DNA of 46,319 bases from Callorhinchus milii (taxonomy: Eukaryota). Shown in pieces: positions 1 through 12,267 of this stretch. How positions within the stretch are numbered: position 1 is the stretch's first letter; each line of letters begins with the position of its first letter. The position numbers and the translations under genes were made by a program. Where the stretch lies: contig NW_024705418.1 of assembly GCF_018977255.1 (NCBI RefSeq), forward strand, positions 1 through 46,319, in the 5' to 3' direction. Below the pieces are notes generated by a model, which ran no database searches, was not told where the DNA came from, and saw nothing but the letters and a program-made list of their open reading frames with translations.

Positions 1-58
1 AATTAATTCACGTGCTAGGAAGCAATTGAAGAATAATATATTTATTCCAGAAGAGGAC

Positions 59-132
59 CGTCCCTGAGTGTGTTTGAACCACCAACCTTTAGGTTAGCAA
101 CCGAACGCGCTGACCATTTGCGCCACAGTAAC
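59..132 (-). pseudogene. tRNA-Asn-derived sequence, probably a pseudogene (anticodon position reads GCT)
   Basis: Reverse complement GTTACTGTGGCGCAAATGGTCAGCGCGTTCGGTTGCTAACCTAAAGGTTGGTGGTTCAAACACACTCAGGGACG is 74 nt and closely resembles vertebrate tRNA-Asn(GTT). It has substitutions in the acceptor, anticodon and T arms, and no T4 terminator in the 58 nt downstream. Confidence 0.8.
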
Positions 133-719
133 TTCTGTCCACAACCTTTTCAAGCATCAGTCAGCTTTCTCGCAATATTTATTTGCAAAGCATTCCAGGA
201 CAGCTTAAATAAAATAACTGGTAGCTATCTCCGAATACGTAACTCTTATATTTCTACCTATATTTCAAGTTATTCTTCAAAAACCGTTGTTCCTAATTAG
301 TTGCTGATTGATCCATATCAATTCTAAGGCCATTTGCACTTCATTTGAATGTGTGTTGTGGGAGGACATGAAGCCTGATGAGCAAACAATCCCACGTCAC
401 ACTGTGGTCAGTGTTTCCATCTATTGCATTCAGATTTTACCTTTGAATATCTAACTTACAGTAGTTGTCGTTTCTTATTAAGCAGGGCTTGCTTGTGACA
501 GCAAACAAAGCAATCAAAAGCTGCACTTTTCTTGCAAAAACTGTCAATGGAAATCTCTGTCGCTCAATGGAATGGAAGGTAAACTCGATGGTGGAAGCAA
601 GCTCGGTGGGCCTTGTTATTCTGTCACCCGGAAAATGTTGTGCTCTCATGTTTTAGACCTTTTTATTTTACCATGTATTCAATGTGGGTTACAGGCTTCC
701 ATGTCCTCCTGCTCCAGCT

Positions 720-1060
720 CACAACAACAACAACAACTTGGATGTATCAAGCGCCTCCACGCCGGACGGCGTCTCAGAGCGCTTCACCGTAATGGATCAC
801 GGGACCGAGCCAGGGGAGGGAGGGAATGTGACCAAATTGCGGTCGAATACAAAGGTCTTGAGCAGAGACCTGAAAATGGGAAGGGCGGGAGCGAGGGAAG
901 GGAGTGAGGAAGGCAATCCGGAGGCTCGGGGCGTAGGGGCTGAAGACACGGCCGCCGAATGTGGAGCGGAGTAATCGGGGACGAGGAGGAGGCCAGACCC
1001 GGAGGAACGAAGGCAACGTGTACTGTTTTGAGGAAAGGTGAGGTCAGAGAGGTGCTTGTT
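720..1060 (-). mobile_element. LINE L2-clade 3' end fragment
   Basis: Minus strand encodes degenerate L2 ORF2 C-terminal motifs (FGGRVFS..AP, FRSLLKTFVFD), followed by the L2-type tail gtgaagcgctctgagacg...ggcgcttgatacat and (GTT)n. Confidence 0.75.
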
Positions 1061-1812
1061 GGGGGGGAATTTTTTAGAATATTTACGTCTTTGAATATTG
1101 CATAGTGTTGTATTAACAAACTAATGTTCTGCCCTAAGTATTCCTTGCATTTTAACATCACGTTAGTTCACTAATTTCCTTTATATATGTGAGTCCTGTT
1201 CCCGGTATGAAAGACAATACTCAACGTGAATTGTTGTGGTTGTTATGATGGATTAAGCGATGTATTGAATTAAGGTAAAGAAACTGTTAACAGAACTTCA
1301 GTAGATCCTGAATGATGTTGCAAAATAGAATAGTTTCCAACACAATCTTATCATCGGATCCTCACATGATAATCCTTCCTTCCTTCCTTTTATTTCCTTC
1401 TTTCTTTCTTTCTTCTTTCTTCCCTTCTTTCTTACTTTCTTGCTTACTTTTTTCTTTCTTGCTTACATACTCTCTCTTCTCTCTCTCTCTCTCTCCTCTT
1501 CCTCTGTCGACCCCAACTAACTAATACCAGGCCACATTTGGCTCTCTCTGCTTTTGAAAACGTGAATCTACACTGATATTCAGAGAAGAATCCAATTTAA
1601 ATAAAAAAGATGCAATTGTCAGCAAACTTCAATCTCAATATTGCAACAGGCAAAAAATAAATTTACAGGTATAAATTGTAACACGAAATAAGCAATGTCT
1701 GAGAATATTGTGCTATCAGAGAGTTGTTTTTCATGCAACACATATGTTCAATGAGTGTAAAATAACATCGCTGATGATACCAATTGATTCTTCCCAGGAG
1801 GCTTGCCGTTAT

Positions 1813-1818
1813 TATAAA
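1813..1818 (+). promoter_or_regulatory. Candidate TATA box of GPCR gene 1
   Basis: TATAAA about 85 nt upstream of ATG 1901. The paralogue has a TATAAAT at a similar distance (14781-14787, minus). Confidence 0.45.
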
Positions 1819-1900
1819 GTTCTTTTCATGCTGCCAATTCATTCTGTTCATAGAAGCCATCCTGCACAAACAACGCACGAGTGCTTGTCTGCTGGAAAAC

Positions 1901-4155
1901 ATGGTATATTTCACCATTTACGACGTGGAAGTAATATACTACCCCATTCTTGCAACCGTTGGAGTTCCTGGTAAGATATTTTAACATAAGAATTTTTATG
2001 AAACTCCTTGACTCACTGTGTATTCTGTTAATTGTCATTCTGTTTGGCTCAATGAATTTACTCAAACATTCACGGTGGGTGGATAGTGAAGGTAACTGTT
2101 GTCTCCTTGGAACTGAACTGGTTCCATGAAGAAATAGTTGGCAAACGAATTTTATAACCCAGTCAATGCACTGGATGTGTCGATATTGGTTGCTGAGCCA
2201 GGTTCGTGAGTCGGAAGACAGAGTTATAGTGCATCAGAATATTGCTCATGGTAATAAGCTGAGTCCGACCCGCTCATCAGTACGACCTGGAGGGAATAAG
2301 GATTGACACTCTCTGCAAATGTTACCCCTGAAAGCCGAATCACAAACTCGTAGGTTGTTGCCGGATAGAGAAGGAGCAGCAAAGCAGACCGGACAGTATA
2401 TTTAATTGCCATCCATGCTGTATTTAGTTGCTTAGTTTCCAGCAATGCCCGCAATGCATAAGCTGACTGAGATCAGCAAATTTTGACCCTCTGCCAGCAA
2501 CTCCCCATTCTGCGCAGAGTAAACTTGAGTGTTTGGAAAACAGGATACAAACATCGATCGGGAGATTTTTCTTTGCATTCGAGGCACATGGAAATTTCCC
2601 TGTGTATTCGGCATACATATGATGAACACTTAATTGGATTTCTGAATGTTTCGGACACCCGACAGGCAAGACTCTCAGTTTAAGCTCCATTTTGGTACAT
2701 TGAACTCACAATCGAGGTTCACATTGCAATGCTGAGAAGAGGTACATTGTCAGAGATGCTGTCCTTCAGATCATGGTAACTCGGTTGAAAATTTTATCTG
2801 AAGTACCTCATCTCTGATAATGTAACTGGCCCGTTTCCGACACTAATTTGCGATGCTTGTCAACTTGGAAGCAGTTCAGCCCCAAGCAGTACCCTCCAGT
2901 GCTGTAACACGCAAAGTCTAGGCTGACACAGAAGTGTATTATTGGAAATGCTTTGCATTGATGGAAATACCTTCCTTCCGATGAGACAGATGTACTATTG
3001 GCTGGTCGGGTTGACTTTAAAAAATAACAACACATTTTGAAGAGAGTGACATTTTAACCGGTGTTTGGCAAACAATCACAAAAAGAAAATTCGTCAATTG
3101 ATTCTTTGCTTCTCTGGGGACATTGTTGTCCAAAATTACTACTAATTCGCCATCAAAGATAGTCATTCTCGACGAAACCAACTTACAGATTTGAAGTCGC
3201 TGTGCCAGATACACTCTGTGGATTCTGATTATTGTCTCGCTTTCTTACTTTCTTCCTAGTTAACTTGTTGGCGATTCTGATCCTCGCCCGGGGAAATTGC
3301 GGTCTCTCCAAAGGCGTCACTCTTTACTTGGTATGCGTGGCAGCGGCAGATCTGATGGTCATTATCACTGATGTAATATTCAATCGCATTAATAATTTTT
3401 ATTTCCCGATTAGTTTCTTATCTTACACTCCCGTGTGCAGTATCAGAGTTGTTTTGGTGGCTTTAGCCACAAAATGTTCAGTCTGGTTTACAGTTGCTTT
3501 CACTTTCGATCGTTTTGTGGCTATTTGTCATCAGAAGTTGAAAACTACATATTGCACTGTGAATTCCGCTATTTATATTATTATAACATTGACTTTGCTA
3601 AACTGTGCACAAAGTATTCCATGGTATTTTGTATTTACTCCTATGGTGATCATTAACAATTTTCCATTTTACTGCCTTGGAAAACCAAGCTATTCTACAT
3701 TGCCAATATGGAGAGTGTTTGCATGGTTCAACAGAGTTTTCACTCCTCTGGTTGTATTTCTTTTAATTTCCCTCTTCAATGCTCTGACCATCAGACACAT
3801 TTTATTAGCCAGCAGGACACGCCGGAGAATCCGGATCAATAACAATTGGAACAAACAGAATGATCCAGAAATGGAAAAGCGAAGAAAATCCATTATTTTA
3901 CTCTTCGGTATATCAGCAAGTTTTATACTCTTATGGATGACGAACATTATCTATACATTGAAATGGACAATTACAAATTATAATTATCAATTACAAGTCA
4001 ACAGCTATCGATATGTCCTCCAACAGACGGGATTTATGCTTAAGCTTTTGAGTTCCTGTACAAACACATTTATCTATGCGGTGACCCAGACAAAGTTTAG
4101 AGAGGATCTGAAGTATGTGTTCAAATATCCTTTTACTCTGATTCATTGCAAATAA
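1901..4155 (+). CDS. GPR139/GPR142-like class A GPCR, 2 coding exons: join(1901..1970,3260..4155), 321 aa
   Basis: Exon 1 encodes MVYFTIYDVEVIYYPILATVGVP and ends G|gtaag. Acceptor tcttcctag|TTAAC restores V-N-L-L (phase 1). The protein has seven hydrophobic segments, AAADL in TM2, FTFDRFVAIC (DRY-like) and NTFIY (NPxxY-like). The YYP..GxP|xN intron position matches the GPR139 family. Likely a lineage-specific paralogue rather than the orthologue. Confidence 0.9.
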
Positions 4156-4156
4156 A
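4151..4156 (+). terminator. Possible polyadenylation hexamer AATAAA overlapping the stop codon
   Basis: AATAAA at 4151-4156 contains the TAA stop at 4153-4155. Confidence 0.25.
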
Positions 4157-4899
4157 TACATTATGTTTATCAAAGAAAGAATGCTGTGTTTGCTGTGTTT
4201 CATTCGTATATAGTCGGGACAAGTTCAGTGGTCAGAGGTTTCTCATCAAAGCAATTCGAGATACTAAGCTCTGCAAAGCCATTCAGCACTATATGGAATT
4301 ATTTTGTTGCTTTCTGCTGTCCTGTTGAGGATTTTCTTCTGTTCAGTTTAGGAATATTTGGGACAGATTGTTGCTTTCTATCAAATTGTAAATATATCTA
4401 AGTTACGTTCCTCGTCTTCTGCAAGGCTTTCTATCCAATGCCTCTTCATGACCGCAAGACGAAAGTGAGTATCAAGGAAAGTTCATTTCCAACCTGGCTA
4501 AGTCTGGTACAATTCCGATCCATAATGTTTATTTTAGCTCCAAGATCCGAGCAAAGATCGAGTGTGGACTCATTGAATTCCAACTCCTTGAAAGAGGTTG
4601 AAGGCAAGGTCACCCACGCCGTTCAATGTGTTCAATGATCATGTGTTGGATGGATTTGTTGCAGAAAGTCTTGGTGTCGCTTTTGCAGAATTTACTGAAA
4701 GGATTGAAACATTCAATTGGCCGCTTATGTGCTGCAGGTGGAACCACCTATGGATATTTCATGCTGAACCCACCACTTTGATCACTGGGCAACCCAGTTA
4801 GACATGTTTATATTTATGTCTCTTATCTGCCTGTATTTTACACCTTCTGCTTCTGTTTTGCCGTTCTGTGTACTGCATTCTTCCCTCAAACATTTACGC

Positions 4900-6910
4900 C
4901 GCTCCTGCTCACGAGCTGCTTCTATGAGGCTAATCCTACCGGCGAAGGGCAATCAAGGCTCCTATGCTACACCACTGACCGGCTCCTTCACCAACCCCGA
5001 CACGCCTCGCAGACACTTTCCTCTGACTCTCACTGCGAGAAAATGCTTGACTACATCGAGTCCAAAATCAAGGGACTCCGCTCAGCTGCCACTGCCCTCC
5101 CAATTTCCAAACCCTCCTTATCCCACCCCACACAATTGCACTTTAGATTTCACATCCCTCCTTCCGCACCTTTGATCCTGTCACCCCCTCCTCTGTCTTC
5201 AACACGGTAACCTCCACGAAGTCCACCACCTGCTCCCTCGACCCCATCCATTCCCCTCCTCTTGCGCACTACTCGCCGACAACAATAACCTCTCCCTTCC
5301 ATCTTGCAATGTTCCTTCCCCCCTCAAAACAGCCACTGTCACACACAATTTCAAGAAATCGTCCCTCGACGCATCACAGCTATTTAGCCACTCGCCCATC
5401 TCAAGTCTCCCCTTTCGATCCAAGGTGCTTGATAGAGCCGTTGCCTCCGAGCTTCGCTAACTCTACTCCTATCAACACTCCCACACCCCCTGTTATCCTC
5501 TCCAATCGAGTTTCGGTATCTGCTCTGTCCAGGATCGCAAACGACATCCTCACCCCGTGTAACCAGGGCTCCTTCTGCCTCCCCGTCACTCTCGATCTCT
5601 CCGTCGCATTTGATTCAGTGGACCATCCTTCAAGCATCTGCCCTTGACTCTTTCAGGTCCGATCCATCAATGTCCCTCCACTTCGTCGCCGCAAACGGCT
5701 TCTCTTCCAGCCCCTGCATTACCTTGTGCGGTTTTCCTCAGGGCTCTGTCTTCTGTCGCCTCTTTTTCACGCTCCCTATTGCTGGCGTCATCCGCAGAAA
5801 AGGGGTAAATTAACGCGTGTATGTGGATGACACCCAACTCTACCTCTCTGCCTACATGGTGTTCTCCTGAACTACTGGCGTCCTGAACGACAGCCTGGCA
5901 GACATCAAGTCCTGTACGAGGGCCAACTTTCTCCATCTCACCATCAGCAAGACCGAAATCCTCCTGATTGCTTCGCGCCATCGTCTCCGCTTCTCAGGCC
6001 CTGGCATCATCAGCCTCCACGACTGCGCACTCAATCTCACTCAGCCAGTCAGGAGGCTGGGCATCTTGTTTGACCCTGAATTGTCCTTTTTCTCCCACAT
6101 CCGCGCATTTACCGGCACTGCCGACAACCACCTCCGCAATATTGCCAGACTCCGCAAATGTCTCACCCCTCAGGCTGCCGAAACCCTCACCAAAATATCC
6201 GTCACCTCAACTTGATCACGGGAACTCACTACTCATCGGCCTTCCAACTCTTCCCTTCACAAGCTGCAGATCATCCAAAACACGGCAGCTCGTGTACTGT
6301 CACGCACCAGGCTCCGCGAGCCCATCACTCCCACCCTAGCCCGACTCCACTGGCTCCACATTCCCCTGAGGATCCAATTCACGATCCTGGTCCTTACCTT
6401 GAAGGCCATCCATGGCCTTGTTCCCTCCTACCTCTCTGACCTCCTGAGTCCCTACCAACTGGCCCGCTCTCTCCGTACTTCATGCTCCGGTCCGTTCCAT
6501 GTCTCCCGCCGGATCATCTGTGGACGGGCTTTCAGCCACTCTGCCTCCACACTCTGAAACTCCATCCCATGGTCCCTTCTCCTCGCTTCATCCCTTTCCT
6601 CCTTGAAAGCCGATATCTAATCCCTTCTGTTCGAACGTGCCTTTGGTCTCCTTCCCATCTCCCTGCCTTCCCTAAGCCCTACACCACGACTCCCCCAACC
6701 CTACACCACCGCTTCCCCACCACTGCACAAACCCTTCCCTCCACCTCTCACCATCAGCCCCACCTCTACAGGATCCCTCCCCCCACCACTCCGCCCTAAC
6801 CAACCCCACCCCCACCCCGGCCCCCTGTCGGGCCCCGACACCTGAAGGTTCAGCGCTGTGGGACGTCCTCCCATCGTGAAAGGCGTCTATAAATATAATT
6901 TTGTTGTTGT
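4900..6910 (+). mobile_element. 5'-truncated, degenerate LINE L2 (reverse transcriptase remnant plus 3' tail)
   Basis: Frame-broken RT motifs LDLSVAFDSVDH, GFPQGSV, YVDDTQLYLS and NFLHLTISKTEILL, and a C-terminal PITPTLARLHWL. The tail reads cagcgctgtgggacgtcc...gtgaaaggcgtctataaat followed by (TTG)n. The 5' boundary is approximate. Confidence 0.88.
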
Positions 6911-6989
6911 ATAATAGGCGCCTCGCAGCAGGACAAATAAGTAATGAATGAACAGAGTGGAGGTACTAAATTGGTTGGATGCGCTAAAG

Positions 6990-7344
6990 GTCAACACGTG
7001 AGAGAGAGAAAGAGATTGAGAGCCACATAGCGGAGAAGCTGTGCCGTACAACATGGCGGTCAGCGGTGGGTTTGCGGCGCCGTACAACATGGCCGTCGGC
7101 GCAGGGTTTGCGGCGCCGTACAAAATGGCGGCGAGCACTGGGTGGCGGTGCCGTACGTGCTGTCACAGCTACACACACACACACACGTACACCGAGACGA
7201 ATGGACGTGCTGACGTCGGCTCGAGCGCATCCTGAAAGCGTCATGGCGTCAGGTGCCCGGAGACCGTGGGCGGCAGCTCGAGAGAGAGAGAGAGAGACAG
7301 AGACAAAGGGCAATGGCGGCGGCAGCAGTTACACAGAGAGAGAG

Positions 7345-7378
<34 letters not shown>

Positions 7379-7520
7379 GGAAAGAGAGAAACATGACGTC
7401 CGCAGGTCAGTCGCTATCTCTCTCACACTCACTCACTCTCTCTGTCACCATCACAGCCACAGACCCCCGGGAACTACAGCTCCCAGCATGCCGCGCGGCT
7501 CAGAGCCCTCGGATGTGGGG
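6990..7520 (+). promoter_or_regulatory. CpG-rich promoter-like module with YY1-type, CRE-like and ZNF143/SBS-type motifs
   Basis: Three ~36-bp repeats (starts 7043, 7079, 7115) carry AA(C/A)ATGGC(G/C)G. TGACGTC occurs near 7211 and 7394, and ACTACAGCTCCCAGCATGC starts at 7473. CpG density is high compared with the flanks. Confidence 0.5.
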
Positions 7521-7534
7521 GGGAGTGGGGGGGG

Positions 7535-10490
7535 GGTCAGACACAGAGACACAGAGACAGAGACATAGACACAGAGAGACACAGACACAGAGATACAGAG
7601 ACACAGAGACAGACATCTCCCCACAGTCTCTCTCTCACCCACACAAATTCTCTCTCTCTCCGTCACACACACACACACACACACACAGTGTCTCTCTCTC
7701 TCTTACACACACACGTTCTCTCTCTGTCACACACACACGTTCTCTCTCTGTCACACACACACACGTTCTCTCTCTCTCTCTCACACACACACTCTCTTTC
7801 TCACACACACAGTCTCTCTCTCACACACACACACACAGTCTCTCTCTCACACAAACAGAGTCTTTCACTCCCACACACAGTCTCTTTTTGTCTCACACAC
7901 ACCGTCTCTATCTTACTCACACACATTCTCTCTTTCTCTCTCACACACACAGTCTGTCTCTCTCACACACACAGTCTGTCTCTCTCACACACACAGTCTC
8001 TCTCTCTCACACACAGTCTCTCTCTCTCACACACACAGTCTCTCTCACAGACAATCTCTCGAACTCACACACACAGTCTCTCTCTCTCACACACACACTC
8101 TCTCACACACACACACAGTATCTCACTCTCTCACACACGCATTGTCTCTCTCTCACACACACACAGTCTCTCTCACACACAACGTCTCTCTTTTTGACAC
8201 AGCTCTCTCTCACACACACAGTCTCTGTCTCCCACACGCTCACTCTCTCTCACACACACACATTATCTCTCTCTCACACACACAGAGTGTCTCTCTCACA
8301 CACACAGTCTCTCTCACAAATACAGCCACTCTCTCTCTCACACACACTTTCTCTCTGCCACTCTCTCACAAACACTGTCTTTCTCTGTTTCTCCCTCACA
8401 AACACACAATCTCTTTCTGTATCACACAAGCAGTCTCTCTCTGGCTCTCTCAGACACACATTATGTCTCTCTCACACACGGTCTCCCTCTCTCTATTTCT
8501 CTCACATACACAGTCTCTCAGTCACACACAAACAGTCACTCTCTGTGCCTCTCACACATACAGTCTCTTATTATCTCACACACACAGTCTCTCTCTCTCT
8601 CTAACACACATATACAGTATCCGGCTGTGCCTCTCTCACACACAGAGCATCTCTCTCTCTCTCATACACACAGTCTCACTCTCTCTCCCTCTCTCACACA
8701 CGGAGTCTCTCTCTCTCTCTCACACACACACCGTCTCTCTCTCACACACCGTCTCTCTCTCACTCAAACAGTCTCTCTCTCACACACTCTCTCACACATA
8801 CAGTGTCGCTCTCTCTCTCTCCCTCTCTCTCATAAACGCAAACACACACACAATCTTTCTCTGTCTCTCTCTCTCTCACAGTCACACCCTCTCTTTCTGT
8901 CTCTCTCTTTCTCAAAAGCACTCAGTCTCTTTCTGTTTATCTCTCTCACAATCACACAGTCTCTTTATATCTCTCTCACTCACAAACAGTCTCTTTCTGT
9001 TTCACACATAGTCTCTCTCACAAACACACATTTTCTGTCTCACACTCAGTCTCTCCCTCTCACACACATATAGTCGTTCTCTCACGCACACACTCAGCCT
9101 CATTCTCCCACACATCGTCTCTCTCTCACACGCTTTCTCTCTGTCTCTCTCTCTCTCTCACACACACACACATACACAGACTCTCCCTGTCTCCCTCACT
9201 CACAAACACGCAATCTCTTTCTGTCTCTCTTTCACAAACACACAGTCTCTTTCTGTCGTTCTCTCACAAACTCACAGTCTCTTTCTGTCTGACACACAGT
9301 CTTTCTCTCTGCCTCTCTCAGTCACAGATTCTCTCTCTCTCTCCATCACACAAACCCTCAGTCTCTTTGTCTCTCACACACATGATCTCTCTCTCCCTCT
9401 CTCTCTCATACACAGTCTCACAGTCACAGACACACAAATTCTCTCTCTGTCTCTCACAATCACAGTCTCTCTCTCTCACACACACACAAACACAGATTCT
9501 CTCTGTCTCACTCATACACAATCTCTCTGTTTCACTCACACATTTTCTCCCCCTCAGACGAACAGTCTCTCTGTCTCTCTCACACAGTTTTTATCTAACT
9601 CTCACAAGCACACAGTCTCTTTCTGCCTCTTACATATACAATCGCTCTCTCTCTCTCTCTCTCTCTCTCACAAACAGCCTCTCTCTGCCTCTCACATTCA
9701 GCCTCTCTCTGCCTGACATACACAGTCTCTTTCTGTCTCTCACACATATTCTCTCTCTCTCTCTGCTTCTCTCACATGCACAATCCGTCTCTGTCTCTCA
9801 TATCAATAGTCACTCCATGCCTATCACACACAAACGGTTTCTCTCTCTCTTACACATACAATCTCTCTGTCTCTCACACACACAATGTCTCACTGTCTCC
9901 CACACCCAGAGTCTCTCTCTGTCTCTCTTAAAACACACAGATTCTCTCGCTCTCTCACACACACGCACACAGACGGTCTCTGTGTCTCGCACTCACCGAC
10001 TCTATCTGTGCTTCTCATAACATTCAGCTTTCTGCCTCACACACACAGTCTCTCTCTCTCGAACACAAACTCACACAGTCTGTAGATCTATCTCTCACAC
10101 GCACAGTCTCTCTCTGCCTCTCACACAAATTCTCTTTCTCACTCACACGCAGAGTTTCTCTCTGTCTCTCACACACACACAGATGCAGCCTCTCTGTCTC
10201 TCACACCGTCTCTCTCTCTCTCTCTCTCTCTCTCATACACAGTCTCTTAGTCAGAGACGCACAAAGTCTTTCTCTGTCTCTCACAAACACAGTCTCTGTC
10301 TCATTCTCTCTCTCTCTATCTCTCTCTCTCATACACACACACAGGCATAAACACAGATTCTCTCTCACTCTGTCTCACATACACACAATCTCAGTGTCTC
10401 TCATGCACAGTTTCTCCCTCGCACACACACAGTCTCTGTCTGTCTCACACACAGTCTCTTTTTGTCTCCTCCTTCCGCCCCACACACAGA
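7535..10490. repeat. Compound (CA)n/(CT)n microsatellite array, ~3 kb
   Basis: Continuous alternation of cacaca and tctctc blocks, often joined by cagt, with almost no G on the plus strand. Confidence 0.95.
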
Positions 10491-11118
10491 GTCCACATCC
10501 CTCACACCCACCCCACCCACACACCACCTTAGATATCGCCTCGACCAACCAGTCCTCTTGGTCATAAATATTCTCGTTGTTATTCTCCGAGTTGTTCGCT
10601 CACTACACGCAGATATTCTGGAATATTCTCGCTCAAACCCATCGCCTTACACAATCTTTCCGAATCTTCAGGCCGCAGCTGATGACCTTCCCCTTTGGTC
10701 ATGCTGACAGATGCCTTCCCATCTCTCTCCAGCTCAGCATCATCTCTCCCCCAAAAAGCTGTGGATTGTTAGGATCTCCGATTCCTGTGATCGAAATATG
10801 ACTCAACAATCAAAATTGGTGTAACGGAGTTTATTATTAAACAATAGCTAAAACACAGGCATATACTGTATTGAAGGCATAGTACAAATTCAGGTGATCC
10901 AGTAATACTTGTGGGTAGATGGTCGCAGCAACTTAGTTTCCCATATCCCTCTGACTCCACCGGCAACTGCTTCGATTCCCAGAAAACTTCTATCTGATAT
11001 CTTAACTGATCTCAGTTTGTTACGTAAATGTGAAATATATGCATTCAATTCTGTTCATCGATTACAGTCCTTCTCGTCTAATTATTGACCTTTTCACGCC
11101 AATCCTGATTTATTTGCT

Positions 11119-12267
11119 CAAAACATAAAATAACTGCAGAAGTTGGAATCTGAAACAAAAACAAGGACCGTATCAGCTCACCTTGCCCTCCCCACCTACT
11201 CTTTATGCTACCGGAATAGTTATCTTCTGCTTCATTACAATCATCACCCCAGATAATCTTTGCCTCTCTTTGGTGTGTTCCCTGTTCTGCACTAATAACA
11301 TTTCTTCTTCCCGGCTTTGGTTCAACTCATTCCCCCTCTTGTTGTACAGTCTCTCCTTTTGTTATGCACCATTTCACATGGCTCCTTGACATGCCAGCGG
11401 ATAGATGTAATACCTGCCCTTTCACCTCCTCCCAGACCACTCTCCAAGGCCCAAACCAAAGCTTCCATGTAAGACAGCGGTTTACATGAACTGTCACCAT
11501 TACCGACTATTGTATCCGATCCTCCTGGTGTGGTCTCCTACATATTGGGGCGACTAAGCGCAGATTGGGCGACCGATTTGCAGAACACCTCCGTTCTCTT
11601 CGCCAGGTGAAGCCCGATCTTCCTTTCTCCTGCCATTTCAACGCACAGTCCCATTCAGTCTGACACCTCAATCCATGGTCTCCTGCGGTGCCCCAAAGAT
11701 CCTGAGCGAAAATCTGAAGAACAGCATCTTATATATCTGCTCGGGACACTACAGCCATCTGGCCTCAATATCGGTTTCAGCAACTTGCGACCATAACAGC
11801 TGAACGTCCCTCCCCATTTATTTCTGTTACCAGAAGAGTTACCTTCTGTTATCATTACAATCATCACCCCAGACACTCTTTGTCTCTCTCTGTTTTTTTT
11901 TACCTGTTCTGCACCATTAACCGCTGTTCTCCCCAGTTTTATTTCAACCAAAGCCCCCGCCATCCCAACCCTTTTGTTGCACACTATCCTTTTGTTTTAC
12001 GCCCCTATCACCTCTTTAATCCATCAAGTAGCGCATTCCCTCCTTTGTCTTATTTTGTCTTCTTTGAGATCCTTTTACTGGCAGCCCCGCTCAACCTTGT
12101 TCGTAAAAACCTCTCCCTCCCAACATGCCACAGTTCTGACGAAGGGTCGTGGATCCGAAACGTTGACTCACTTTCCTTTCTCCCTTCATACTTGCTGACC
12201 TGGAGAGGTTTCCCAGCTCTCTCAATCTTTGTTTCAGATTCCATCCTCTGCAGTATTTTGTGTTTTG
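11119..12267 (+). mobile_element. Penelope-like retroelement relic (GIY-YIG endonuclease remnant, pLTR, inverted termini)
   Basis: ~11410-11790 encodes YCIRSSWCGLLHIGATKRRLGDRFAEHLRS...CHFN, typical of the Penelope GIY-YIG domain, with stops. 11210-11300 is directly repeated at 11830-11920. 11119-11165 is an inverted copy of 12225-12267. Confidence 0.85.
12131..12169 (+). ncRNA. Minimal type I hammerhead ribozyme motif in the Penelope pLTR
   Basis: cAGTT-CTGACGA-A-GGGTC-gtg-GATCC-GAAA-C-GTT-GACT: conserved CUGANGA and GAAA cores, 5-bp stem II, palindromic ACGT mini stem III, GUU cleavage triplet and 4-bp stem I. Confidence 0.7.

Noticed and set aside
684..974. 96-aa GC-rich plus-strand ORF
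   Set aside because: Antisense reading of an L2 3' fragment.
3232..3259. ORF-track starts for GPCR and SRCR ORFs (3232, 13879, 28897, 25490)
   Set aside because: These N-terminal extensions are intronic polypyrimidine or flank sequence. The true starts lie in upstream exons.
7066..10085. Long ORFs of 512, 289 and 217 aa rich in S/L/H/T
   Set aside because: Translations of (CA)n/(CT)n microsatellite, which lacks stop codons by composition.
10500..10800. Possible additional retroelement coding fragment
   Set aside because: No diagnostic motif could be identified by eye.
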